62,518 nt of DNA from Chiloscyllium plagiosum (lineage: Eukaryota): positions 1,930,184 to 1,992,701 of the forward strand of contig NC_057720.1 in the NCBI RefSeq assembly GCF_004010195.1, read 5' to 3'. Position 1 is the stretch's first letter, and each line of letters begins with the position of its first letter. The position numbers and the translations under genes were made by a program. Under the pieces are notes generated by a model, which worked only from the letters and a program-made list of their open reading frames with translations, had not been told where the DNA came from and did not search any database. Shown in pieces: positions 25,461-37,892 of the stretch.

Positions 25461-26319
25461 CTCGACAGACAATCGGCACAAGGGAAACTAGGGGTGGACA
25501 ACAAGTGCCTGTCTTGCCCGTAACACCCACATCCTGTGAAAGAAGAAAGGAAAACATACTAACCTGGCCAATTCCCGCCCCATCAGTCTACTCCCAATCA
25601 TCAGTAAAGTGATGGAAGGTGTCACCAACTGTGGTATCAAGCAGCACCCGCTCAGCAATAACCTGCTCAGTGACGCCCAGTTTGGGTTCTGCCAGGGTCA
25701 CTCAGCTCTTGTCTTCATTCCAGCCTTGGTTCAAACATGGACAAAAGAGCTGAATTCCAGAGGGGAGGGGAGGGGGACAGCCCCTAACATCAAGGCTGCA
25801 CTCAACCGAGTGTGGCATCAAGGAGTCTTGGCAAAACTGGAATCGATGAGTATCAGGGCGCAAACACTCTGTTCTCAGATATCTTGAAGGTTTTTTTCAC
25901 AACAGCAGTAATTAAAGGGACACTGCTCAGGGAGAATGAGCAGGACCTTATGGAGCTGCTCCACGTTCATCTGCTCCTTCCAAAAGCTCAAAGAGGACTC
26001 CCCATCTCCACCCCAACAGACTGTGTGTGGTGTCAGGAGAATGGGTGCAGCCAAGGGAGATTTCATTTTGACGTCTGCTCCCTAAATCCCAACGTCATCC
26101 AGGTACCATATACCCCTCAAACTATTTCACTAACCAATCTCATGCAGGCAACATCTCAATTTTACTATCAACCCTGCTGTTCAAATGCTCCATGAACTCA
26201 ACCCTCTCTATCTCTGTAATCTCCCCAGGCCCATCACACCTCCCTATATGTATAACCTCCTCCAGCCCCTAAACCCTGCCCTATCTCTATCACCTTCTCC
26301 ATTGCATCCGTTTCACAGT

Positions 26320-26611
26320 ATAGACCCTCAAACAATGAAGTACTCCCTCTGTACTGTCTGTCCGACAGTGTGGCACTACCTTCATACAGACCCTACAACA
26401 GTGTGTCACACCCTCAGTGCTGATCTGCCAACAGTGCGGCACGACCTCTGTATAGATCCTCCGACAGTGCAGCACTCCCTCAATACTGAGCCTCTGACAG
26501 TGCGACAGTCCCTCAGTACTGACCTCTGACAGTGCGGCTGTCCCTCAGTACTGACCCTCTGACAGTGCAGCACTCCCTCAATACTGACCTTCTGACAGTG
26601 CAACACTCCCT
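26320..26611 (-). repeat. 33-bp minisatellite, about 9 units, more degenerate toward the left
   Basis: Same unit as 10332. Confidence 0.95.
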
Positions 26612-27669
26612 GGGAATTGCTTGCTGAGTGTTGTGTATCGTGTGAGTTCATGTCTTTGGAATGAGATTCCATGCTGTGACTCGGGAGTGTGATTGCCTCG
26701 CACGGTGTCACAGCTGACAGGGTAACGTGGAGAGTGATTCTCAAAGTTTATTGCTGGTGCTTTAATGAAGGGAGCAAATAATGAAGTGGTTCTAAAAATG
26801 AAATCTTACATGATGTCATTGTCAGTGAGATCATTTGCTATACGTAGCATTAACCGGCTAGCTCATAAATCCTTCTCATAAATCACCAGCCAATTACTTT
26901 CACCTTCCCATGTGTGACAGGGAACCAATCAGGTTTCTGTTGAGCCACAGACCTTGTTCCAAGTCGTGACTATGGATAGAATTGATTGATAATACTCAAT
27001 AACTTTCATCTTTTCCTCTCTCTCTCTCTCTCTCTCTCCATCCCTCATTCTCTCTCTTGTTCTACTAATGAGCCACATGCCTCTGCAGTTAAATATTAAA
27101 ATTGCATTTAAATTACATGTTAAATGTTGTACAATTCACTGAGACGCTGTGCAGGAGTCAGACCCAAGCCAAATCTGAGCCACACAGGATTTTCAGACAA
27201 GTGGTTGAAACAAACAAGTTTTCTCCAAATGGCTGGTTTTAAGAACTTCAAAGAATAGAATAGAGTATCCTTCATTGTCATGAGTACTCCACTGCAGGAA
27301 TGCAGTGTAAAGCTTTTACAATGTTTACCTCTTATCTTAAATACATGCTACGAGGTACAAATCTTGGATACAAAAGAGAAATAAAAAGTAGTTGCATTAC
27401 TTTCTAGAGTTTAAAAAGTAAGTTAGAAATAAGACATGGTGGAGGCGGAGTGGATTAGAGAGCAAATTCCAGAAGCTGGGGCCCCAGGACATGAAGGCAA
27501 ATGGTGGAAGGATTAAAATCAGGAATGCTCAGCAGGTCAGAATAGTGCAAGTGACGATATTGAGGATGTCTTACAGTTAGAGGAAGTGGGAGAACCATAG
27601 AGTGGATAAAACTATATACGGATTTGAAAACACATGTCAGAAATTCAAATTCGAGGTGTTCCTGGACCA

Positions 27670-28160
27670 GGAACAGGAGTAGGCCATTCAGCCCGTTCAG
27701 CTTTCCCTACCATTCAATGAGATCATGGCTGACCTGCGACCTAACTCCACATACCTGCCTTTAGCCCATAACCCGGAACAGCTTTACTCGACAAAACTTT
27801 ATCTCTGTCAGATATAAAATTAACAACTGATCCAGCATCCACTGTCATTTTCGGAAGAGAATTCCAAACCTCTCCCACCCTTTGTGTGTGGAAGTGCTTC
27901 CTAACATCTCTCCTGAACAGTCTGGCCCTAATTCTCGGACGATGCCCCTAGTTCTAGAATCCCCAACCAGTGGGAATAGTTTATTTTTATCCACCCTGTT
28001 TTTTTCCTGTTAATATCTTGAAGACTTCAATCAGATCATCCCTTAACTTTCTACATCTTAAAGAAAACTGGCCTCATTTCTATGATCTCTCCTCATAACT
28101 CAACCCCTGAAGTCTAGGTATCATTCTCAGAAATGTGTGGTGTACGCCTTCCAAGCAGCA
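27670..28160 (-). mobile_element. CR1 3' end
   Basis: aggagtaggccattcagccc tail; RMIPRLQGLSYEER. Confidence 0.88.
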
Positions 28161-29412
28161 ATGTTGTGAGTAACACATGGAACACAATGAACACTTCAAA
28201 CAATTTGTACACAGCAAGCTCCCACAAACAGCAACCATATCATGGGAGTACATCTCTGTCTCCTTGCTCATCTGCAACTGTATCATTTGCAGCTACCCAA
28301 AGGGCAGACTCAATGCTGACAATTCCACCTGAGCCACACTCCCACAGAACTGTCCCTGCAGTTTCAGGATGGAATGTGTGTTTGAATCACTCAAGTCGAG
28401 CTTGAACCCACAACCCTATCACTCCGAGGTGAGGGTTAGACATACTCTTGCGTCTTCACCGATAATATTCACCCCTTAACTAACAGCCAAGAAAAAATAC
28501 AAGTGATCTATGTGATCTCTCGCTGCTAAATTTGGGATCTTCCTGTGCTCAAATTAGCTGCCCTCTATCCGGCATCGATTAAGCTTCCAAAGTACTTCAG
28601 CAGCTGGGAAGTGGCTGTGGGATGTCTGCATTCCTGGGAAAACACTTCATGTTTGAAAAGACAATCTTTAAAAACAATCGTTCATTTTAAGATCCACTTC
28701 TGAAGAAGGGTCATTGGACTCCAAACTCGATTTTTGTCTCTCTCCACAGATGCTGCCAGATCTGCTAAGTTTCTCCAGCATTCTGGACATCTGTTTTCAG
28801 ATCCATTCTGAACTGAATTTGGAATTAGGCTTTGTGTTTCTGCCTGGAGCTTGCTGTGCACGCTCTGCGCAATGGCTGCATTGCCTTCAAGGAACAATCA
28901 AGTGCAGTGTCTTCAGGGGCTGGAGCATGATATCTGGAGTCATTAACCCGGAGTGTTGAAACTGTCCTGATCCTTTTGGTGAATTTAGCTGCGACATTGA
29001 CAGCTCTGAGTCACTGCTCTCTGTGACGATCTCAATACTGAAGCTACAACCAAAATATAGCCAGAAGGAAGCCTCCAGAAAGAACTGGTTCATTGGGCAG
29101 GACAAGGTTTCCCTGTCTCCACTGCTGCTTCAGATCCCTGGCTTCTGCCATCACTACCTCTGTCATCACCCAGCTAAACCCGGGAATTTACAAACAAGAA
29201 GCAAGTGTAGGCCACACAGCTCTTCGAACCTGTTCCACCATTCAATAAGATCAGGACTAATCTGAATTTAACCCCAACTCCACATTCCCGTATCATCCCT
29301 GATAAGCTTTTACCCCCTTACTCATCAGAATCTATTTCCCTCTGCCTTAAAAATATTTAAAGATTCTGCATCGATGGCCTAGTGGTACTATTGCCATACT
29401 ATTGATGCAGAG

Positions 29413-29613
29413 TGAAAGTGAGTATTGCAGATGCTGGAGATCAGAGTCAAGAGTGTGGTGCTGGGAAAGCACAGTAGGTCAGGCAGCATCTGAAGAGCAG
29501 GAGAATCGACGTTTCGAGCAAAAGCCCTTCATCAGGAATGTGATGAAACGTCGATTCTCTTGCTCCTTGGATGCTGCCTGACCAGCTGTACTTTTCCAGC
29601 AACACACTTTTTG
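29413..29613. mobile_element. Penelope-derived hairpin element
   Basis: Inverted arms; 15-bp imperfect TSD at 29398-29412 and 29614-29628; hammerhead core at 29508-29535 (minus). Confidence 0.85.
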
Positions 29614-29632
29614 ACTATTAATCCAGAGAGCC

Positions 29633-29723
29633 GGGCGGCACGGTGGCACAGTGGTTAGCACTGCTGCCTCACAGCGCCAGAGACCCGGGTTCAATTCCCG
29701 ACTCAGGCGACTGACTGTGTGGA
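29633..29723 (+). mobile_element. HE1-type SINE, 5' tRNA-like head only
   Basis: gggcggcacggtggcacagtggttagcactgc...gggttcaattcccg. Confidence 0.92.
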
Positions 29724-30344
29724 ATTCTCTTGCTCCTTGGATGCTGCCTGACCAGCTGTGCTTTTCCAGCAACACACTTTTTGACTATTAATCCAGAGAG
29801 CCAGGTTCGAATCCTGCCAAGGCAGATGGTGGAATTAAATTCAATAAAAAATGTGAAATTAAATCATGAATCTGTTGTTGATTGATTATGAAAAACCTGT
29901 CTGGTTCACCAATATCCTTTAGGGAAAGAAACTGCCATCCTTACCTGGACTGGTCTACACATGACTCCAGACCCACAGCAATGTGAGTGACTCTTAACTG
30001 TCCTCTGGGCAATTAGGGACGGGCAATAACTGCGGGCCTAGTCAGTGAGACCCACATCCCATGAATGAGAAAAAATCTCAACACTGATGTACTATGTCTC
30101 TTAAAGTAATACTGACATACTCTGTCTCTTTAAAGTACGCTGACCTACTGAATGAAAGACATGTGGAGGCTTTTATTCCCACCTTCCCTGAGATTACTCT
30201 GGATATCCATAACCCATGGATATACCCAATGTTCTTTATTAAAGCACGCACACTACAAAAATAATCCTGCATAAATATTACCCAGACACTGGTGACAATC
30301 ACAATTTAACCCATTTCCATGGACATGTCGAAGAGTCATGCCAT

Positions 30345-30989
30345 CAGACTGTTCCAGCCACTGACCGCATTACCATGGAGTGCAATCCTTTTACACGTCC
30401 ATCCCCCATGAGGATAGTCACAAGGCTCTCTGCTTCTTCTTGAAGTGAAGGCCTGAAGTGGCCCCACCCACCATCAGCCTCCTCCACCCGGCTGAGCTCA
30501 TCCTCACCCTCAACAACGTCTCCAATAACTCCTCCCATTTTCTTCAGGTCAGTGGGGTGGCCATGGGTACTGGCATGGGCCCCAATGATGCCTGTCGCTT
30601 TGTGGGATATGTGGAACATTCCTTGCACCAGTCCTATCTGGCTTCCACTTAACTCTTTCTCTGACATATCGATGATATCATCAGTGCTGCTTCCTGCTCT
30701 TATCCAGAGTTGCAAAGTTTATTGACTTTGCTTCCAATTTCCACCTTAACCTCACCTTTACCTGGTCCATCTCCGACTTCTCCCTTTCCTTCCTCAACAT
30801 CTCTGTTTCTACTTAACTGGCCGATAATACTCACTACAAACTGACCGAGTCCCACAGTTACCTGGACTATATATTCTCATACCCTGTTTCCCATAAAGAC
30901 TCCAGTTCCATTCTCTAAGTTTCTCCATCTTTGTCGCATTGTTCTGATGACATCAACTTTGACAAGGCAGTCTCCAAAATGTCCACCTT
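30345..30989 (+). mobile_element. Penelope-like element, RT part
   Basis: FLQVSGVAMGTGMGPNDAC.FVGYVE followed by a decayed HIDD catalytic motif. Confidence 0.9.
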
Positions 30990-33900
30990 AGAACATAGTA
31001 CACAGAAACGTAGGGCACAGAACAGGCCCTTCGGCCCACGATGTTGTGCCGACGATTATTCCCAATCTAAAATAAAATAATCTAACCTACGCACCCCTCA
31101 ATTCACTGCAATTCATGTGCATGTCCAGCAGTCGCTTAAATGTCCCCAATGACTCTGCTTCCACCACCATCGCTGGCAACGCACTCCATGCATTCACAAC
31201 TCTTTGCGTAAAGAACCTACTTCTGATGTTTCCTCTATACTTTCCTTCTAACACCTTAAAACTATGGCCTCTTGTGAGAGTCAAACCTGCCCTGGGGAAA
31301 AGGTCTCTGGCTATTGACTCTATCCATGCCTCTCATTACCTTGTATACCTCTATCAGGTCACCTCTCTTCCTCCTTCCCTCCAGACAGAAAAGTCTGAGC
31401 TTAGTCAACTTCACTTCATAAGGCAAGCCCTCCAGTCCAGGCAGCATCCTGGTAAACCTTCTTTGCACTCTCTCCAAAGTCTCCTTATCTTTCCTATAGT
31501 AGGGTGACCAGAACTGGACATGATATTCCAAGTGTGGTCTCACCAGGATCTTGTGGAGCTGTAGCAAAGCCTCGCGGCTCTTAAACTCACTCCCCCTATT
31601 AATGAAAGCCAAAACACCATATGCTTTCTTAACAACCCTATCCACTTGGGTGGTGACTTTGAGGGATCTATGTACTTGAACACCCAGATCCCTCTGTTCC
31701 TCCACACTGCCAAGAATCCTGTCTTTAATCTTAGATTCAGCATTTGAGGTCGACCTTCCAAAATGCATCACTTCGCATTTATCCAGGTTGAACTCCATCT
31801 GCCATTTCTCAGCCCAGTTCTGCATCGTGTCTATGTCAGGCTACAGCCTGCAATAGCCTTCGATACTATTAACCTCCAACCTTAGTATCATCGGCAAATG
31901 TACAAATCCATGCCTCAACCTCCTCATCCAAACCATTTATAAAAGCTACAAAGAGCAGAGGCCCAAGAATAGAGTCCTGCGGGACACCACTCACCATTGA
32001 CCTCCAGGCAGAATACTTTCCAACTACAACCACTCTCTGCCTTCTGTCAGCCAGCCAAATCTGAATCTGACTGGTCTGTAATTGCCAGGGATTTCTCTAT
32101 TCCCCTTCTTGAAGAGAGGAACAAGATTCGCCTCCCTCCAAACCTCCAGTAAAACTCCCGTGGAGAGTGAGGAAGCAAAGATCTTCGCCAGCGGCTTAGC
32201 AACCTCCTTTCCTGCTTCTCAGAGCAGCCTGGGATAAATCAGGTCTGGCCCCGGGGACTTATCAATCTTAATGTTTGCCAAAATTTCCATCACATTAACT
32301 TCATCAATCTTGATCTGTTCAAGCCTGTATCCCAGCTCCTCAAAGTTCTCACTCACAACAAGGTCCCTTTCCTTAGTGAAAACCAAAGCAAAAAACTCAT
32401 TTAGGGCTTCCCCTATCTGCTCAGACTCCACGCAAAAGTTCCCTCCACTATCCCTGATCAGCTCGACCTTGTCCCTGATCATTCTCTTATTCCTCACGTA
32501 TGAGTAAAATGCCTTTGGTTTCTCCCCTAATCCGTCTTGCCAAGCCTTTTTCATGCCCCCTCCTGGCTCTCCTCAGTCCCTTTCTGAGCTCCTTTCCAGC
32601 AAGCCTGTAACCCTCTAAAGCTGTGCTAGATCCTTGCTTCCTCCACCTTACATAAGCTGCCTTCTTCCTTTTGCTGAGAAGCTCCTCTGTTCTCGTCATC
32701 CAAGGTTCCTTAATCTTACCCCTTCTTACCTGTCTCAGAGGAACAAATTTGTGCATCACTCGCAACAACTGCTCCTTAAATAGTCTCCCATGTCTGTTGT
32801 GCCCTTTCTGCAGAACAATTGCTGCCAGTCTGTACTACCCAACTCCTGTCTGATAGCATCATAATTTCCTTTTCCCCAATTAAATATCTTCCATCGGTAA
32901 CTGCTCCTTTCCCTCTCCATGACTGTGGTAAATGTGAGGCACTGATGGTCATTGTCACCAAAGTGCTCTCCCACCATGAGATCTGACACCTGTCCTGGGT
33001 CATTGCCGAGCACCAAAACCAAAATGGCCTCTCCCCTTGTCAGCCTGTCTCCATACTGAGTAAGGAAACCCCCCTGAACACACCTGACAAACACGGCTCC
33101 ATCCAAACCATCCGCACTAAGGAGGTTCCAGCCAATATTGGGAAAGTTGAAGTCACCCATAACAACAACCCTGCTACATCTGCATTTTTCCAAAATCTGC
33201 TCACCTATGAGTTCTTCCATCTCTCTACTGTTATTAGGGGGTCTGTAGAAAACCCCCAATGAGGTGACTGTTCCCTTGCTATTCCTAACTTCCACCCATA
33301 CTGACTCAGTAGACAAACCTTCCTCAACAACCTTCGTTTCTGTAGCTGTGCTGTACTCTCTGATTAGCAATGTTACACCCCCTCCTCTTTTTCCACCCTC
33401 CCTGTTCTTTTTAAACGTTCTAAACCCTGGAACATCAAGCAACCATTCCTGCCCAGTGCAACCCATGTCTCCGTTATGGCCACAACATCGTAGCCCCAAG
33501 TACTGATCCATGCTCTAAGGTTGTCACTCTTATTTGTGGGCGCCACAGTGGCACAGTGGTTAGCACTGCTGCCTCACAGCGCCAGACACCCGGGTTCAAT
33601 TCCCGCCTCAGCGACTGACTGTGTGGAGTTTGCACGTTCTCCCCGTGTCTGCGTGGGTTTCCTCCGGGTGCTCCGGTTTCCTCCCACCATCCAAAGATGT
33701 GCAGGGTCAGTTGAATTGGCTATACTAAATTGCCTGTAGTGTTAGGTAAGGGGTAAATGTAGGGGTATGGGTGGGTTTCGCTTCGGCGGGTCAGTATGGA
33801 CTTGTTGGGCCGAAGGGCCTGTTTCCACACTGTAATCTAATCTAAATCTAAATCTAATCTAAATCTTATTTCTAACACTCCTTGCGTTAAAGCAAACACA

Positions 33901-35030
33901 CTTTAACCAATCCCTTTGCTCCATCACATGACTAACCTTCCTGATTGATTCACTACATCTTGTCACTGCCCCCATATCTAACTACCACCCTCTCAGACAT
34001 GTGGCTCTGATTCCCACCCCCCGCCAAACTAGTTTAAACCCTCCCGAATCACACGAGCAAATCTCCCACCCAGGACATTTGTGCCCCTCCAGTTCAGGTG
34101 CAACCCATCCTTCATGTACAGGTCACACCTTCCCCAGAAGGTATCCCAATGGTCTAGGTATCTGAAGCCCTCCCTCCTGCACCAGCCTCACAGCCACGTG
34201 TTAAGCTGCATTCACTGACTGTTCCTCATCTCACTCTCATGGCACTGGTAGTAAACCTGAGATCACTACTCTACTCGTCCAGCTCTTCAGCTTCCAACCT
34301 AGCTCTCTGTAGTCACTTTTTAGATCCTCAATCCCTTTCCTGGCTATATCACTGGTGCCAATATGTACCACGATTACTGGCTGCTCACCCTCCCCCTTCA
34401 GAATCTTGTAAACCCGATTGGCGACATCCCGGACCCTGGCACCAGGGAGGCAACATACCTTCTGGGAGTCCTGTTCCTGACCACAAAACCTCCTGTCAAT
34501 CCGTCTAACTATTGAGTCCCCTACCACTAGCACTTTTCTATTTCCCTCCCTTCCCTTCTGAGCCAGAGACCTGACAACTATGGCTTTCCCTGCTGGTAGG
34601 CAGTTCCCACCAGCAGTATCCAAAACGGTATACTTATTGCGGAGGGGAACGGCCACAGGGGATCTCTGCTCTGACCGTCGGTTCCTTTTCCCCTCCCTGA
34701 CAGTAACCCAGCTGTCCTTATCCTGTGTCTGGGGAGTGACCACCTCCCTGTACATCCTCTCAATTTCTCCCTCAGCCTCCCGGATGATCCGTAGTCATCC
34801 AGCTCCAGCTCCAGTTCCCTAACTCGGTTTTCGAGGAGCTGGAGTTGGGTGCACTTCCCACAGATGTAGTCAGCAGAGACATGTGAAGTGTCTCTCACCT
34901 GCCACATTCTGCAGGAGGAACATGCAACTGCCCTAACATCCATATCCCGCTACTCTGAAAGCCCACACAGAGACTAAACAAAGGAAGAGAAGAAAAGAAA
35001 TGAGAAAACCTGAAAACTTACAGAGTTTAC
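30990..35030 (-). mobile_element. near full-length CR1 LINE (ORF1 zinc finger, coiled coil and SGNH esterase; ORF2 EN and RT with an internal deletion)
   Basis: CSSCRMW...YICGKC...LENRVRELE, VVGDSIVR, GGGV, FYRPP, GDFN and DNDH motifs; 3' tail at 30990; RT deletion near 32070. Confidence 0.97.
33536..33863 (+). mobile_element. HE1-type V-SINE, full length
   Basis: A and B boxes, V-domain, CR1-like tail and (AATCT)n; TSD tcttattt at 33528-33535 and 33864-33871. Confidence 0.95.
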
Positions 35031-35322
35031 GCACTAATGGTAGGGGACTCAATAGTTAAACGGATTGACAGGAGGTTTTGTGGTCAGGAACAGGACTCCT
35101 GGAAGGTATGTTGCCTCCCCAGTGCCAGGGTCCGGGATGTCGCTGATCGGGTTTACAGGACTCTGAAGGGGGAGGGGGTGCATCCAGAAATCGTGGTACA
35201 TATTGCCATCAATGATATAGCCAGGAAAAGGATTGAGGATCTGAAAAGTGACTACAGAGAGCTAGGTTGGAGGCTGAACAGCAGGACGAGTAGTGTTCTC
35301 AGGTTAGCTACCGGTGTCACAA
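35031..35322 (+). mobile_element. inverted copy of the CR1 ORF1 esterase segment
   Basis: ORF 35037-35327 closely matches minus ORF 34237-34755. Confidence 0.92.
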
Positions 35323-35387
35323 GATAATGAAGTTAGAGGAGATGGGTGGGAGGGAGGCACTATGGTGTGGGGTGTTTGGTTTAGGGT

Positions 35388-36005
35388 CTCACCTTCTTCA
35401 TCAGCCAAGGATTCCCCAGCACCGTAGTTGACTGGGCCCTCAGCTGACTCCGACCCATCTCCCACACTTCTGCACTCAGCCCCTCTCTTCCCTCCCACAA
35501 AGTGATAAGATCCCCCTTGCCCTTACCTCCCAACCCACCAGCATCCACGGCTAGAAGATTATCGCCACCATTTCTGCCCCCTCAGTGAGATGCCACCACC
35601 ATATTCCCCTCCCCTCCCTTCCCTTGTCCACCTTCCACAGGGATCGTTCCCTCTGGGACACCTTGACCCACTTTTCTCTCACTCCAAACACACCCCCCAC
35701 ACCCCCATAGCACCTTCCTCTGAAACCACAGAAGGTGTAACACCTGCCAATTTACCTCCTCCCTCCTGAGTATCCAGAGGCCTAAACATTCCTTCCAGGT
35801 GAAGCAGCACTTTATCTGCACTTCTCACAATCTAGTCTGCTGCATTCACTGATCACAATGTGGTCTCCTCTCCACTGGGGAAACAAAGTGCAGGCTTTAA
35901 TGTACTGTCACCTCACACCAGCTAGTTCAGGCTGCTCCTATAAGCTTTTTCCTTGCAGCTTTTGTTTGATCACTTAGCAGAACACCTACATTCTGTCGAC
36001 AAAAA
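35388..36005 (+). mobile_element. Penelope-like element continued (linker and GIY-YIG N-terminus)
   Basis: FHRDRSLWDT; FICTSHNLVCCIH.SQCGLLSTGETK. Confidence 0.88.
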
Positions 36006-36356
36006 TGAACATAAGAACTCGGAGCAGGAGTAGTCTGTCCGGCACTTCTAGCCTGCTCCGCCATTCAATAAAATCATGGCTGATTTGTTCACAGCCTCAG
36101 CTCCACTTACCTGCCCTCTCACTGTAACCCTTAATTCCTTTATTGCTCAAAAAATGTCTATCTTTAGCTTTAAAAGCGTTTACTGAAGTGACGTCAACTA
36201 CTTCCCTGGGCAAGGAATTCCATAGATTTCCAACCCTCTGGGTGAAGAAATTCCTTCTCGATTTAGTCCTAAACCTGCTTCCGCTAATCTTGAGGCTATT
36301 CCCTCTTGTCCTAGTCTCACCTGCCAATGGAAACATCCTCTCTGCTTCTATCTTGT

Positions 36357-36586
36357 TGGTGGGCAGCACGGTGGCACAGTGGTTAGCACTGCTGCCTCAC
36401 AGCGCCAGAGACCCGGGTTCAATTCCCGCCTCAGGCGACTGACTGTTTGGAGTTTGCACGTTCTCCCCGTGTCTGCGTGGGTTTCCTCCGGGTGCTCCGG
36501 TTTCCTCCCACAGTCCAAAGATGTGCAGGTCAGGTGAATTGGCNNNNNNNNNNCATACTGTAAGTAATCTAATCTAATCTAATCTA
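36357..36586 (+). mobile_element. HE1-type V-SINE (10-N gap inside)
   Basis: Head, V-domain and (AATCT)n tail; TSD atcttgt. Confidence 0.95.
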
Positions 36587-37050
36587 ATCTTGTGTATTCC
36601 CTATAAAATCCCCGCAGCATCCTTCTAAATTCCAATGAATATAATCCCAGTCTACTCATTGTCTCCTCAAAAGGTAATCCCTACAACTCTGGAATCAACC
36701 TAGTGAACCTCCTCTGCACCTCCTCCAGTGCCAGCATACCCTTTCTCAAGTAAGGAGACCAAAACTGCACACAGTACTCCAGATATGGCCTCACCAGCAC
36801 CCTGTACAGCTGTAACATAACCTCCCTGCTTTTAAACTCAATCCCTTTAGCAATGAAGGACAAAGTTCCATATGCCTTCCTAATGACCTGTTGTACCTGT
36901 AGACCAACCTTCTGCGATTCATGGACAAGGACACCCAGGTCCCTCTGCATAGCAGCATGCTGCAACTTTTTACCATTCAAGTAATAGTCTCTATTACAGT
37001 TCTTCCTATCAAAATGAATGACTTCACGTTTACTAACATTGCATTCCACT

Positions 37051-37331
37051 GGGGTGCCACAGTGGCTAGCAGTGCTGCCTTACAGCACCAGGGAACCAGG
37101 TTCGATTCCAGCCTCAGGCGACTGTCTGTGTGGAGTTTGTACCATTCTCCTGTGTCTGTGTGGTTTCCTCCCACAATTCAAAGACATGCAGAATTGTGAA
37201 CTGGCTGTGCTAAATTGTCCATAGTGTTAGGTGCATTAGTCAGAGAGAGGTGGGTTACTCTTCAGAGGGTCGGTGTGGACTTGTTGAGCCAAAGGGCCTG
37301 TTTCCACACTGTAGGGAATCCAATCTAATCT
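37051..37331 (+). mobile_element. HE1-type V-SINE, older copy
   Basis: Diverged head, V-domain and tail. Confidence 0.9.
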
Positions 37332-37621
37332 TAAATCCATCTGCCAGACCTTTGCCCATTCACTCAAAGTATCTATGGTGCTCTGCCATTTATCTTAGTG
37401 TCATCTGCAAACTTTGATACACTACATGTGGTCCCAACTCCAAATCACCGATATTAATTGTGAATAATTGCGGTCCCAATACTGATCCCTGAGGCACAGC
37501 ACTACTGGCTGATTGCCAGCCAGAATAGCACTCATTTATCCTCAATCTTTGTTTGCTGTCAGTCAACCAATCCTCTATCCATGCTAATACTCTACCCCTA
37601 ACACCATACGTCCTTATCTTA

Positions 37622-37892
37622 TGCAGGTCCTGGGCATCCTCCATCGCCACTCCCTAACCACCCGACGCCTGAAGGAAGAACACCCCATCTTCCACCTCGG
37701 GACCCTTCAACCCCAGGGCCTCAATGTGGACTTCACCAATTTCCTCATATCCCCTCTCCCACTTTACCTCAGTTCCAACCTTCCAGCTCAGCAGTGTCCC
37801 CATGACCTGTCCTACCTACCTATCTCCCTTCCCACCTCCAGCACCACTCTAATCTAAACTCTGGTTTCCACCATCTGCAGTCCTCACTTCTG
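37622..37892 (+). mobile_element. Penelope 3' fragment
   Basis: QVLGILH...RRLKEEHPIFHLGTLQPQGLNVDFTNF plus terminal-repeat end. Confidence 0.88.

Larger units (their letters stand above)
23645..25880 (+). mobile_element. fragmented family-D LINE ORF2 with several nested insertions
   Basis: TIKPGDQPWFNGDCKRACQEQHQA, KAMDP.YIPAVVLITCAPELA and NNLLSDAQFGF...IKAALNRVWHQG segments. Confidence 0.8.
29373..30076 (+). mobile_element. tRNA-derived SINE sharing its 3' tail with family-D LINE, with nested insertions
   Basis: A-box-like tggcctagtgg, B-box ggttcgaatcc (about 29804) and tail gggcaataactgcgggcctag...catcccatgaatgag. Confidence 0.8.

Noticed and set aside
28887..29105. Ser-rich minus ORF as a terminal exon
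   Set aside because: Weak acceptor, no partner exons, no recognisable product
33536..33610. tRNA gene (also at the other SINE heads)
   Set aside because: A and B boxes run directly into the V-domain and LINE-like tail, so these are SINE heads
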